A DNA stretch of 64,000 nt from Methylophilus aquaticus (GCF_030769565.1 NZ_JAVCAP010000014.1:115554-179553); one strand, 5' to 3'; shown: positions 20,578-28,773, numbered from the stretch's first letter. Notes: generated by a model from the sequence alone, not told the origin. Translations and numbers: made by a program.

Positions 20578-21000
20578 ATGATGACAAGATACATAGCAGG
20601 CGTCTTTCTGGCTTTTTGTTTCATGGCAGCTTTTTCGCATGCGCAGGCTGCGGCCGATCTGAATGTCAACACGCCAGCGGTGGCTGCAGTCAAGGCCGCG
20701 ATGCAGGCACGTCATGCGCAATTGTCAGCCTATTACCAGTCAGGTGCGGTTGGCTTGACCGTTGAGGGGTTTGTTGCAGTCAAAGATGCCAGTTTGGTGC
20801 CATTGTCCCAACGTGGTGCGCTGGCAGGACTCGTCAATGATGAAAATACAGACAGGACCCATTTGTATCAGGGCATTGCTGCCGCGAATGGTCACCCTGA
20901 GTGGGAGGGTGAAATCCAGCGCATCTTTGCCCTGCGCTGGATAGACAAGGCCCAAAGTGGCTGGTTTGTGCAACGCGAGGGGCAGTGGAGTCGCAAGTAA
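20578..21000 (+). CDS. ydbL: YdbL-like DUF1318 periplasmic protein
   Basis: 140 aa from ATG 20578 (AAGGAG Shine-Dalgarno upstream); signal peptide; DENTDRTHLYQGIAAANG motif typical of DUF1318. Confidence 0.65.
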   Translation: MMTRYIAGVFLAFCFMAAFSHAQAAADLNVNTPAVAAVKAAMQARHAQLSAYYQSGAVGLTVEGFVAVKDASLVPLSQRGALAGLVNDENTDRTHLYQGIAAANGHPEWEGEIQRIFALRWIDKAQSGWFVQREGQWSRK

Positions 21001-21081
21001 GCTACTAAACACCGGTAAATCATTGCTTTATCGTCCAATTGCCGCCGCTCTTTCTCACGTAGACTGAAACTGTAGGCTCTT

Positions 21082-21111
21082 CTGTAATCACAGGGTATGC
21101 TGTGAATACAG
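21082..21111. promoter_or_regulatory. Two 12-bp palindromes CTGTAATCACAG and CTGTGAATACAG (CTGT-N4-ACAG) 6 bp apart, about 80 nt upstream of the 21193 gene
   Basis: Read directly from the sequence; dyad symmetry typical of dimeric regulator sites. Confidence 0.35.
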
Positions 21112-21192
21112 GGGGAAAAAGGCCTGATTTCTGTTTCAGGCATAGTCATTGCATGCAGTCTTCTGTGCATGTTGCGTTGAAAGGAGTTTGTT

Positions 21193-21678
21193 GTGGCAAA
21201 TAATCTTTTCGTACTTCCCCGGCTGGGCCAGACGATTCAGCAGGATGATCTTGGTGTCTACTATATTCTTAATCAACAAACCGGTCGGGTACGTTCCCTG
21301 ATTCAACTGGTGCGAGAAAATTTGCACTGGTATTTATTGCAGTTGCAGCCGATTGCGGATGGACTGGATTACCGCTGGTCTGTCATGGCGCGAGAGCAGG
21401 ATTGTGACTTGAGGCCGGTGAGCGACAAGCAAATCGCCCATTACTTCTCCAGGCCTGAATATTCTGAACCTGTGGGTGCCTGGCAGGTGCTGCGTAATCA
21501 CGAGTTTGGTTTTGCCAAATTCACGCCTATGTCCAGTCCGGACGAAGTCAGCTATGCGATTTTGACCTTTGATGGTGAAGAGATGAAGCGGCCAATTCGT
21601 TTGCATAAAGCCCCTGCCGAATGGCTGGAAGATGAGTCAGCGGCTGAACAATTGCTACCGCGTGCAGAGTTTGCCTGA
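21193..21678 (+). CDS. hypothetical cytoplasmic protein (GTG start)
   Basis: 161 aa; AAGGAG 7 nt upstream of GTG; no recognizable motif. Confidence 0.5.
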   Translation: MANNLFVLPRLGQTIQQDDLGVYYILNQQTGRVRSLIQLVRENLHWYLLQLQPIADGLDYRWSVMAREQDCDLRPVSDKQIAHYFSRPEYSEPVGAWQVLRNHEFGFAKFTPMSSPDEVSYAILTFDGEEMKRPIRLHKAPAEWLEDESAAEQLLPRAEFA

Positions 21679-21787
21679 CAAGCGTCAGCGTTTTACTTTC
21701 TTATCACCTTTTGAACGCATTACCTTTGCACGCATTAATTCCGCATTGCCTCCTCAGGAGGCAATGCTTGAATGGACTAGCGCCAGG

Positions 21788-22444
21788 CTAAGCTGTTGTA
21801 CTCACGACATTCCCGCTGGGGCCACGGTTCTGCATGCTGCTAGATAGTGCCTGCAGAAAGCCTGTGAGATTGCTATTGTCACTGTTTCCCCCCAGGGCAC
21901 TCACCAGCGATTGAAAGCTGCTTTCAAGGCTGCTGTCCGACGCTGTATTACTATCAGTGCTGCTGTCACTGCTGCTGGTCAGTGAAGAGAGCAGGCTTTG
22001 CAACTTATCCTCCATACCTTGTCCGCCATAGCCATTTGGCGGAGGGGGCGGCATTCCCTGCATGGCCACATCGCTGCTATCAGCGGATGACGTGTCAGTG
22101 CTGCTGGCGTCGGTTGAACCTTGCGCTTGCAGCGCGCTCATCAGTTGCTGTAAAAATGAATTGAGTGCGCTGGCCGCATCGGTGGTCGTGCTGGTGTCGC
22201 TGCTGTCACTGTCTGTCGTGGTGGCATCTGTGGATGCTGTTGTGCCTGAAGATTGTCCAAATATGGCTTCCAGTCCGCCTTCTACGCCCGCACTTTTCAG
22301 GGCGGAATCTATGGCGCCCAGTAATCCGCCTCCATCTTTGCCGCGTTGCTCGCCATCAGGCGGTGGCGGTGGCATGCCGCGCTGACTCACCTGGGAAAAG
22401 GATTGAATGCTGCTACTGCTGTTGACTGCGCTAATACTGGTCAT
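21788..22444 (-). CDS. hypothetical acidic Ser/Thr/Asp-rich low-complexity protein with internal duplication (two MPPPPP-G motifs)
   Basis: GGGAG Shine-Dalgarno before ATG at 22444; about 218 aa; roughly half the residues are S/T/D/G; repeated unit MPPPPPxG...FLQxLxSxLQ; no signal peptide. Confidence 0.5.
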   Translation of the reverse strand: MTSISAVNSSSSIQSFSQVSQRGMPPPPPDGEQRGKDGGGLLGAIDSALKSAGVEGGLEAIFGQSSGTTASTDATTTDSDSSDTSTTTDAASALNSFLQQLMSALQAQGSTDASSTDTSSADSSDVAMQGMPPPPPNGYGGQGMEDKLQSLLSSLTSSSDSSTDSNTASDSSLESSFQSLVSALGGNSDNSNLTGFLQALSSSMQNRGPSGNVVSTTA

Positions 22445-22600
22445 GGTGTGACTCCCTATGGTTTTAAAGTGGCTCAGCATGGAGGGCGCACGCAGTGTGC
22501 ATGCTATCCAAATCGCTGAACATGCCAAGATTAACCTTTACAGTCGTTTTATTATGGGTGAATAAAAGGTAAAAAAACCTTATAAATCATATATTTAAAT

Positions 22601-22643
22601 GTATCATTTGATACAAATATCCTTGGTTTGTATCAAATGATAC
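22601..22643. promoter_or_regulatory. Perfect 17-bp inverted repeat (gtatcatttgatacaaa ... tttgtatcaaatgatac) with 9-bp spacer, giving two TGTATCA-N3-TGATACA operator-like dyads
   Basis: Read directly; lies in the divergent intergenic region between the acidic repeat protein and the PolB-like exonuclease, flanked by AT-rich promoter-like sequence. Confidence 0.5.
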
Positions 22644-22746
22644 AAACCACTGTTCGCGTGTATGGCAGTGAAGATTGAAAGGGGACGGCTTGGTGAATTT
22701 CAGCCAGCTATGCTAAGGTATGTCGCAATCTTTTTGTGAGTACATC

Positions 22747-23517
22747 ATGCTGAGCCTGGTCTTTGATATCGAAACTATTCCGGATATAGACGGTATCCGC
22801 CGTTTACAAGAATTACCGGATACGCTTGCGGATGCCGACGTGGCGAATATCGCCTTTCACCAGCGTCGGCAGCAGAATGGCACCGACTTTCTGCCACATC
22901 ATTTGCAGCGGGTCTGTGCGATTTCGTGTGCCTTGCGTGAAGGTAACCAGTTTCGGGTATGGACATTAGGCGATGAGCAGGCAACAGAAGCGGAAATTAT
23001 CCAGCGCTTTTTTGACGGCATTGAAAAGTACACCCCCAACCTGGTGAGCTGGAATGGCGGCGGCTTTGATTTGCCCGTACTGCATTATCGTGCCATGGTG
23101 CATGGCATTGCAGCACCGCGTTACTGGGATCTGGGCGAGGATGAGAAAGATTTTAAATGGAACAACTACATCAGCCGTTATCACATGCGGCATCTGGATT
23201 TGATGGATGTACTGGCCATGTATAGCGGTCGTGCAAATGCACCGCTCGATCAAATGGCCCAGTTGTGCGGCTTTCCCGGCAAGCTGGGCATGGATGGCAG
23301 CAAGGTGTGGCAGGCGTATTTAAATGGCGAAATCAAGGCGATTCGCGATTACTGTGAAACGGATGTCGCCAATACGCATCTGGTCTATTTGCGCTTTTTG
23401 AAAATGCGCGGGCATCTGACCGAAGCTGAGTACAACACTGAAATTGCATTGGTCAAAGAGACGTTGTCTAGCTATTCCGAAGCGCATTGGCAGCAGTTTA
23501 TTGCGGCCTGGCAATAA
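22747..23517 (+). CDS. predicted 3'-5' exonuclease related to the PolB exonuclease domain (COG3298-like, RNase H fold)
   Basis: N-terminus MLSLVFDIETIPD (the Exo I DxE motif), later WNGGGFDLPVLHYRA and YCETDV motifs; start placed at the internal Met at 22747, which matches the family N-terminus. Confidence 0.65.
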   Translation: MLSLVFDIETIPDIDGIRRLQELPDTLADADVANIAFHQRRQQNGTDFLPHHLQRVCAISCALREGNQFRVWTLGDEQATEAEIIQRFFDGIEKYTPNLVSWNGGGFDLPVLHYRAMVHGIAAPRYWDLGEDEKDFKWNNYISRYHMRHLDLMDVLAMYSGRANAPLDQMAQLCGFPGKLGMDGSKVWQAYLNGEIKAIRDYCETDVANTHLVYLRFLKMRGHLTEAEYNTEIALVKETLSSYSEAHWQQFIAAWQ

Positions 23518-23556
23518 ACTGCTGGACTGCTTCATTTATAGCTGCTCTGGTGTGCT

Positions 23557-24021
23557 TCAGGGGGTTGCCGTTTCTGCGGGAGCGTCTTCCGTCGCGTCCC
23601 CATCGATCGCATTGCGCCAGTTCAGAATAATCCGCTGCGGTTTGTTGGCCTGATGGTTAAAACCATAGCGCTGCGCATGACCTTGATAACTGGCAATGAC
23701 TGTATATTTACCGCTGGGCAAATTCAGCATCAGCCTCGGCGCAGCACTTTCCAGCGTAAATGCCGGCTGATTTTTCCTGTCCACAATCTCGACATTGACG
23801 TTGTCGATCACGCGGCCAGCTTTGCCCTCAGAAAATAAAAAGTAAAGATTGAATTGTTTTTTGTAGGGTTCCAGCGCTTCAACTTCTTCAGACCCAATGC
23901 CGCCAGTGACATAGTCCACACCATGGCTATCCTGCTGAATCGCAATCTCGTCAGCAAAGGCTGCTTGCGATAAACAAACGATAATTGAGAACGCTATATA
24001 AAAACTCCATTGAGCAAACAT
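23557..24021 (-). CDS. secreted hypothetical protein
   Basis: 154 aa; signal peptide (AFA-DE); no recognizable motif. Confidence 0.5.
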   Translation of the reverse strand: MFAQWSFYIAFSIIVCLSQAAFADEIAIQQDSHGVDYVTGGIGSEEVEALEPYKKQFNLYFLFSEGKAGRVIDNVNVEIVDRKNQPAFTLESAAPRLMLNLPSGKYTVIASYQGHAQRYGFNHQANKPQRIILNWRNAIDGDATEDAPAETATP

Positions 24022-24089
24022 ATCAGACTCCTCTCAGACTTTGACGTTTCTTTGCTGATTGTAAGAGCATTTGCGGTAAAATAATAGCC

Positions 24090-25463
24090 ATGAGAAGCAA
24101 TCGTCAACGAATCAACCGCCTGTCGCCTGCCGCGCTGGCGTCAAAGCCCCCCCGTGTTGCCACCATCGAATCGCTAGACCAGGAAGGGCGTGGCGTGACC
24201 CATGTCGATGGCAAAGTGATATTTGTCGAAGGGGCACTGCCTTTTGAGCAAATTAAATTTGTCTCGTACCATGTGAAATCTACCTACGAGGTCGCTACCA
24301 CGGTCGAAGTGCTCAAGCCTTCCAGCCAGCGGGTGGTGCCACGCTGTGAATATTATGGGGTGTGCGGTGGCTGCGCCATGCAGCATCTTGAGTTTTCAGC
24401 GCAGGTGGCGGCCAAGCAGCGCATGCTGGAAGATGACTTATGGCATATTGGTCGCGTGAAGGCTGAAAAAATACTGCCGCCGATTCAGGGCACGCCCTGG
24501 CAGTATCGGCATAAGGCCCGTTTGCGCGTGCGATATGTCGAGAAAAAGGGCGGTGTACTGGTCGGCTTTAATGAAAAAGCCACCAGTTACGTGACCTTTA
24601 TGGACAGTTGCCAGGTGCTGCCCAAGCCTTTATCTGACCTGATTGTGCCCCTCAAGACACTGATCGCGCAGCTCAGTGTGAAGCAGTCATTGCCGCAAAT
24701 AGAAGTGGCAGTGGGCGAAGAGGCTACGGTGCTGGTATTGCGTATTCTGGAGGCGCTGGAGCCAGAAGATTTGCCGCATTTGCAGGCGTTTGAACAGGCG
24801 CATGGTGTGCAACTGTGGACCCAAACCAAGGGGCCTGACACGGTGAAGCCGCTGTTTGCGCATGACAAAGGCTTGCATTACAGCCTACCTGAGTTCGGTC
24901 TGCGCTATCCTTTCAATCCGCTCGAGTTTACCCAGGTGAACCCGGCGATTAACCGCGTCATGCTCAGGCGTGCCATGCAGTTATTGCAGCCGCAAGCCCA
25001 TGAACGCATTGCGGACTTCTTCTGCGGTCTGGGTAACTTTACTCTGCCGATTGCACGCAGTGGCGCACAAGTGTATGGCGTGGAGGGTGCGCAGGCGCTG
25101 GTGAAGCGTGCGGTTGAGAATGCAACATTAAATGGTGTCAGCAATGTGGAATTTGCCGAATCGGATTTGTTTGATATGACGGCTGAATTATTGCAGGGCC
25201 TGGGGCGCTTTGATAAATGGTTGATTGATCCGCCGCGTGATGGGGCAATTGAACTGGTGAAAGCGCTGCCGGACGCCGGGGCTGACCATGCGCATATCGC
25301 GCCGCAACGCATTGTCTATGTGTCTTGTAACCCTTCCACACTGGCCCGTGACGCCGCGATTCTGACACAAGCCAAAGGCTATGTGTTAAAAGCGGCCGGG
25401 GTGATGAATATGTTCCCGCATACTGCGCATGTGGAGTCTATTGCCTGGTTTGAAAGAAGTTAA
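24090..25463 (+). CDS. rlmD: 23S rRNA (uracil1939-C5)-methyltransferase RlmD (RumA)
   Basis: TRAM domain, Fe-S Cys cluster ([14 protein letters not shown]), SAM methyltransferase core, catalytic Cys near C-terminus ([12 protein letters not shown]). Confidence 0.85.
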   Translation: MRSNRQRINRLSPAALASKPPRVATIESLDQEGRGVTHVDGKVIFVEGALPFEQIKFVSYHVKSTYEVATTVEVLKPSSQRVVPRCEYYGVCGGCAMQHLEFSAQVAAKQRMLEDDLWHIGRVKAEKILPPIQGTPWQYRHKARLRVRYVEKKGGVLVGFNEKATSYVTFMDSCQVLPKPLSDLIVPLKTLIAQLSVKQSLPQIEVAVGEEATVLVLRILEALEPEDLPHLQAFEQAHGVQLWTQTKGPDTVKPLFAHDKGLHYSLPEFGLRYPFNPLEFTQVNPAINRVMLRRAMQLLQPQAHERIADFFCGLGNFTLPIARSGAQVYGVEGAQALVKRAVENATLNGVSNVEFAESDLFDMTAELLQGLGRFDKWLIDPPRDGAIELVKALPDAGADHAHIAPQRIVYVSCNPSTLARDAAILTQAKGYVLKAAGVMNMFPHTAHVESIAWFERS

Positions 25464-26941
25464 TGCGTGCTGGACAGTGGTGGAAGGGGGCGCTGATCGC
25501 AACCTTGTGGATGTTGTCAGGTTGCCAATCCTCATCCTCAAATAATGTGCTGGTGTTTGCAGTCGCTCAGGCGCCGATTAATCTCGATCCGCGTTATGCG
25601 ACTGATGCAGCTTCTGAACGCGCCAACCGTTTGTTATATCAACGTCTGGTAGAGTTTGACAGTGCTTCGCATGAAGTTGCCGGCCTGTCTGACTGGCAGC
25701 AAATAGACGCGCGGCATTATCGATTTCATTTAAAGCCACAGGCGGCACCGTTTCACCATGGTCAGCCGTTGACTGCGCAAGATGTCAAGGCCACTTATGA
25801 CAGTTTGCTCGCTTTGCCAGACTCTCCCCATGTTGCTGAATTTAAACACATTCAGCGCATAGACACTCCGGATGCACGCACCATAGACTTTACACTTAAT
25901 CGCCCTGACTCCCATTTTCCGGCACGCTTGATTATTGGTATTTTACCTGCTGACCTGGTTGCCGCTGGCCATGACTTTACGCATCAGCCAGTTGGTAATG
26001 GTCCATTCAGGCTGAACGCTTGGTCGCGGTCACTGGTGTTGACCCGTGTGCGCGATGGTTTGCAGGTTTGTTTTAATGAAGTGAAAGACCCTAATGTCCG
26101 TGTGCTGAAGCTCAAACGCGGAGAAGCTGACTTGATACAGGGAGATTTGCCGCCGGAGCTCGTCAGCTATTTACAAGCGCAGCCTGGCTTGATGGTGCAA
26201 ACTGCAGCAGGCGCCAATTATTCGTATCTAGGCATTAATACTCAGGCGGATTATTTGCGTGACTCCAAAGTCAGGCAAGCGATTGCCTACGCAATTGATA
26301 CGGATGCCATTATCCGCAAGGTCATGGTGCCGCATACCCGTTCAGCGAATGCCATTTTGCCGCCCGAGCATTATGCAGGCAATCGTGACTTGCAGCCTTA
26401 TCGCTATCAACCAGCGCTGTCACGACAATTGCTACAGTCTGCGGGCATTAAGTTGCCATTGACCCTGATTTACAAAACCAGTACTGACGCTCAACGTGTC
26501 CGCTTGGCCACGATATTGCAGGCACAAATGCGTGAGGCGGGGATTGATTTGCACATCAAGAGTTTGGATTGGGGGACTTTCTTTTCCGATGTTCAGCAGG
26601 GGAATTTTCAGCTGTATGGTCTCACTTGGGTCGGCATTAAAACGCCCGAAATTTATACCAAGGTTTTTGCATCAGCTAATGTACCGCCTGTAGGGGTGAA
26701 CCGCGGGCGCTATCGCGACAGTGAACTGGATCGCTTGCTGGCCGCGGAGGACTGGATGGCCGCCACCCGGCGTATTCACAGTCGCTTACCGTATATTCCG
26801 CTATGGTACGAAGGGCAGTTTGCTGCTTATCGGCCATCGATTCAGACCTATGCGCCAATGCCGGACGGCAACTGGGATGGCCTTTCTAATGTCGTATTTA
26901 AAGCGTCTGCACGCCAAACCAGTGGCCTATCAGCGCAGTAA
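25463..26941 (+). CDS. ABC transporter substrate-binding lipoprotein, family 5 (peptide/nickel type)
   Basis: 492 aa; lipobox LSGC; SBP_bac_5-like length and motifs; start overlaps the rlmD stop. Confidence 0.8.
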   Translation: MRAGQWWKGALIATLWMLSGCQSSSSNNVLVFAVAQAPINLDPRYATDAASERANRLLYQRLVEFDSASHEVAGLSDWQQIDARHYRFHLKPQAAPFHHGQPLTAQDVKATYDSLLALPDSPHVAEFKHIQRIDTPDARTIDFTLNRPDSHFPARLIIGILPADLVAAGHDFTHQPVGNGPFRLNAWSRSLVLTRVRDGLQVCFNEVKDPNVRVLKLKRGEADLIQGDLPPELVSYLQAQPGLMVQTAAGANYSYLGINTQADYLRDSKVRQAIAYAIDTDAIIRKVMVPHTRSANAILPPEHYAGNRDLQPYRYQPALSRQLLQSAGIKLPLTLIYKTSTDAQRVRLATILQAQMREAGIDLHIKSLDWGTFFSDVQQGNFQLYGLTWVGIKTPEIYTKVFASANVPPVGVNRGRYRDSELDRLLAAEDWMAATRRIHSRLPYIPLWYEGQFAAYRPSIQTYAPMPDGNWDGLSNVVFKASARQTSGLSAQ

Positions 26942-27611
26942 ACCCCATTGCAACAACGCCCCAAACCAGCACGCGAGTGGTGCCTTTTAACACATTTGCA
27001 CCCCCTGCTTTAGCAGCAGTCGCGCCTAATATCGCTAAAAACAGCAATGTACTGGCGGCCAGCCAGTAAGTGATATCGCTGCGCGAGGCGCAGATTGCGG
27101 TAGCTAAAGGCAGCGCTGCACCCGCTGCAAATGCGATTGCCGAGGCCAGTGCGGCTTGAAGTGGCTGGGCAGCATGCTGCGCGTGAATGCCAAGTTCGTC
27201 CCGGGCATGCGCGGCTAGAGGGTCATGTGCTGTCAACGCTTGGGCAACCTGTGTGGCCAGCGGTGATGGCAAGCCCCGCGCCATATAAATGCCAGTGAGT
27301 TCACGCAACTCGCTTTCAGGGTCATCACGCAGTTCTTGCGTTTCACGCTGCAAGTCAGCTTGTTCAATATCTGCCTGCGAGCTGACCGAGACATACTCAC
27401 CTGCAGCCATCGATAATGCCCCTGCCACCAGTCCGGCCACTCCAGTAGTGAGCAACATGCTGGCAGAAGCATTGGCCGCAGCTACACCCATTAACAGGCT
27501 TGCGGTGGAAATAATGCCATCATTGGCGCCAAGCACGGCAGCACGTAACCAGCCACTGCGGTGTAAACGATGTGTTTCATGGTGTTTCATCACTAAATTC
27601 TGTCCTGACAT
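26898..27611 (-). CDS. VIT1/CCC1-family iron/manganese transporter
   Basis: 237 aa; VIT signature (LGANDGIISTASLLMGVAAA), 5 TM helices. Confidence 0.8.
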   Translation of the reverse strand: MSGQNLVMKHHETHRLHRSGWLRAAVLGANDGIISTASLLMGVAAANASASMLLTTGVAGLVAGALSMAAGEYVSVSSQADIEQADLQRETQELRDDPESELRELTGIYMARGLPSPLATQVAQALTAHDPLAAHARDELGIHAQHAAQPLQAALASAIAFAAGAALPLATAICASRSDITYWLAASTLLFLAILGATAAKAGGANVLKGTTRVLVWGVVAMGFTALIGHWFGVQTL

Positions 27612-27620
27612 TTAACAAAA

Positions 27621-27638
27621 AATCATAATGATTGTAAT
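27621..27638. promoter_or_regulatory. Fur-box-like AT-rich motif (aatcataatgattgtaat) immediately upstream of the VIT-family gene
   Basis: Contains the ATAATGAT core of the Fur consensus GATAATGATAATCATTATC, about 11/16 match by eye. Confidence 0.25.
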
Positions 27639-27724
27639 GTATTTCTCGTGTCACAAGTCGCTACACAGTCGCGAGTGATGTCTATTACAATAGTCCAGAC
27701 AATCTTAACAATGGATGTTAAAGG

Positions 27725-28279
27725 ATGACAGAAGTGGTTACCGCATTTACCCGCAATACACTCAGGCTCAGTCTGGCTTTGTTTGTGATCATCGTGCTAC
27801 TGATGGCGGCAGATGTTGTGGATGACTATCAAGAGGGGCAGAGCTGGTTGCACATTAGCATGGAGTTAATGGTGGTTTTGCTGTCACTGTGCGGGATTTT
27901 CTTGCTGGGGCTAGACTACTATCGGATTACCGAGCGCAATTTTGCGCAACTACATGTGAACTTGCAGCACGCACAGGCTGAGGCAGTGCATTGGCGCACA
28001 CAAAGTCGCAGCCTGATGCAAGGTCTGGGTCTGGAAATTAAAAAACAGTTCACACTATGGGGCTTGAGTCGAGCCGAGGCAGAAATAGCATTGCTTATGC
28101 TTAAAGGTTTTAGTCATCACGAAATTGCTGTGTTGAGGCAGTCCAGCGAACGTACCGTGCGAGAGCAAGCGAGAGCGGTATACCGCAAAGCCGGGTTAAC
28201 GGGTAAAGCAGAGTTGTCTGCTTTCTTTCTCGAAGAATTGCTGTTACCGGGCGAGGAAATGGCAAATCGCTTAGAATAA
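27725..28279 (+). CDS. membrane-anchored LuxR/FixJ-type HTH transcriptional regulator
   Basis: 184 aa; two N-terminal TM helices; C-terminal LuxR-type HTH (LSRAEAEIALLMLKGFSHHEIAVLRQSSERTVREQARAVYRKAG). Confidence 0.7.
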   Translation: MTEVVTAFTRNTLRLSLALFVIIVLLMAADVVDDYQEGQSWLHISMELMVVLLSLCGIFLLGLDYYRITERNFAQLHVNLQHAQAEAVHWRTQSRSLMQGLGLEIKKQFTLWGLSRAEAEIALLMLKGFSHHEIAVLRQSSERTVREQARAVYRKAGLTGKAELSAFFLEELLLPGEEMANRLE

Positions 28280-28284
28280 CGCTT

Positions 28285-28767
28285 ATGCGTATTGAAATTT
28301 CAATTTCTGATCAATCACTCTCGTTGTTTAACGACTTGGGGCAGTTGGCCGTACGGTATGCCATATCCACAGCCAGTAACGGGATTGGCTGCGAAAAGAA
28401 CAGTGGCTGTACGCCGTTGGGTCAACACATTATTCGTGCCAAAATAGGTGAGGATGCGCCTGAAAATACCGTATTCGTTGGGCGCAGGCCAACCGGAGAA
28501 ATCTTTACACCTGAACTGATGGCACTGTTTCCTGAGCGTGACTGGATTTTAACCCGCATTTTGTGGTTGAGCGGCACCGAAATCGGGAAGAACCGTTTAG
28601 GTAATGTCGACACCATGCAACGTTATATCTACATTCATGGTGCCCCCGCCTCTGCAGAAATGGGCAAGCCAGGTTCGCATGGTTGCATCCGTATGCATAA
28701 CACTGATTTGATTGATTTGTTTGAGCTGGTCACGGTAGGCACGCCGGTCAATATTGTTGATGGTTGA
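28285..28767 (+). CDS. YkuD (L,D-transpeptidase catalytic domain) protein with no signal peptide
   Basis: 160 aa; catalytic motif HGAPASAEMGKPGSHGCIRM; no N-terminal hydrophobic segment. Confidence 0.75.
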   Translation: MRIEISISDQSLSLFNDLGQLAVRYAISTASNGIGCEKNSGCTPLGQHIIRAKIGEDAPENTVFVGRRPTGEIFTPELMALFPERDWILTRILWLSGTEIGKNRLGNVDTMQRYIYIHGAPASAEMGKPGSHGCIRMHNTDLIDLFELVTVGTPVNIVDG

Positions 28768-28773
28768 TCCGGC

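Noticed and set aside
21082-21111. Interpretation of the CTGT...ACAG palindromes as LexA SOS boxes
   Set aside because: LexA boxes of proteobacteria are CTGT-N8-ACAG. Here the spacer is 4 nt, so the half-sites would be on the wrong helical face. I kept it only as an unknown-regulator site.
21982-22425. Three plus-strand ORFs (60-107 aa) overlapping the Ser/Thr/Asp-rich gene
   Set aside because: The locus is low-complexity GC-rich DNA that is open in several frames. The minus-strand frame has the Shine-Dalgarno sequence and a coherent repeat structure. The plus-frame translations are Cys/Leu/Arg-rich nonsense.
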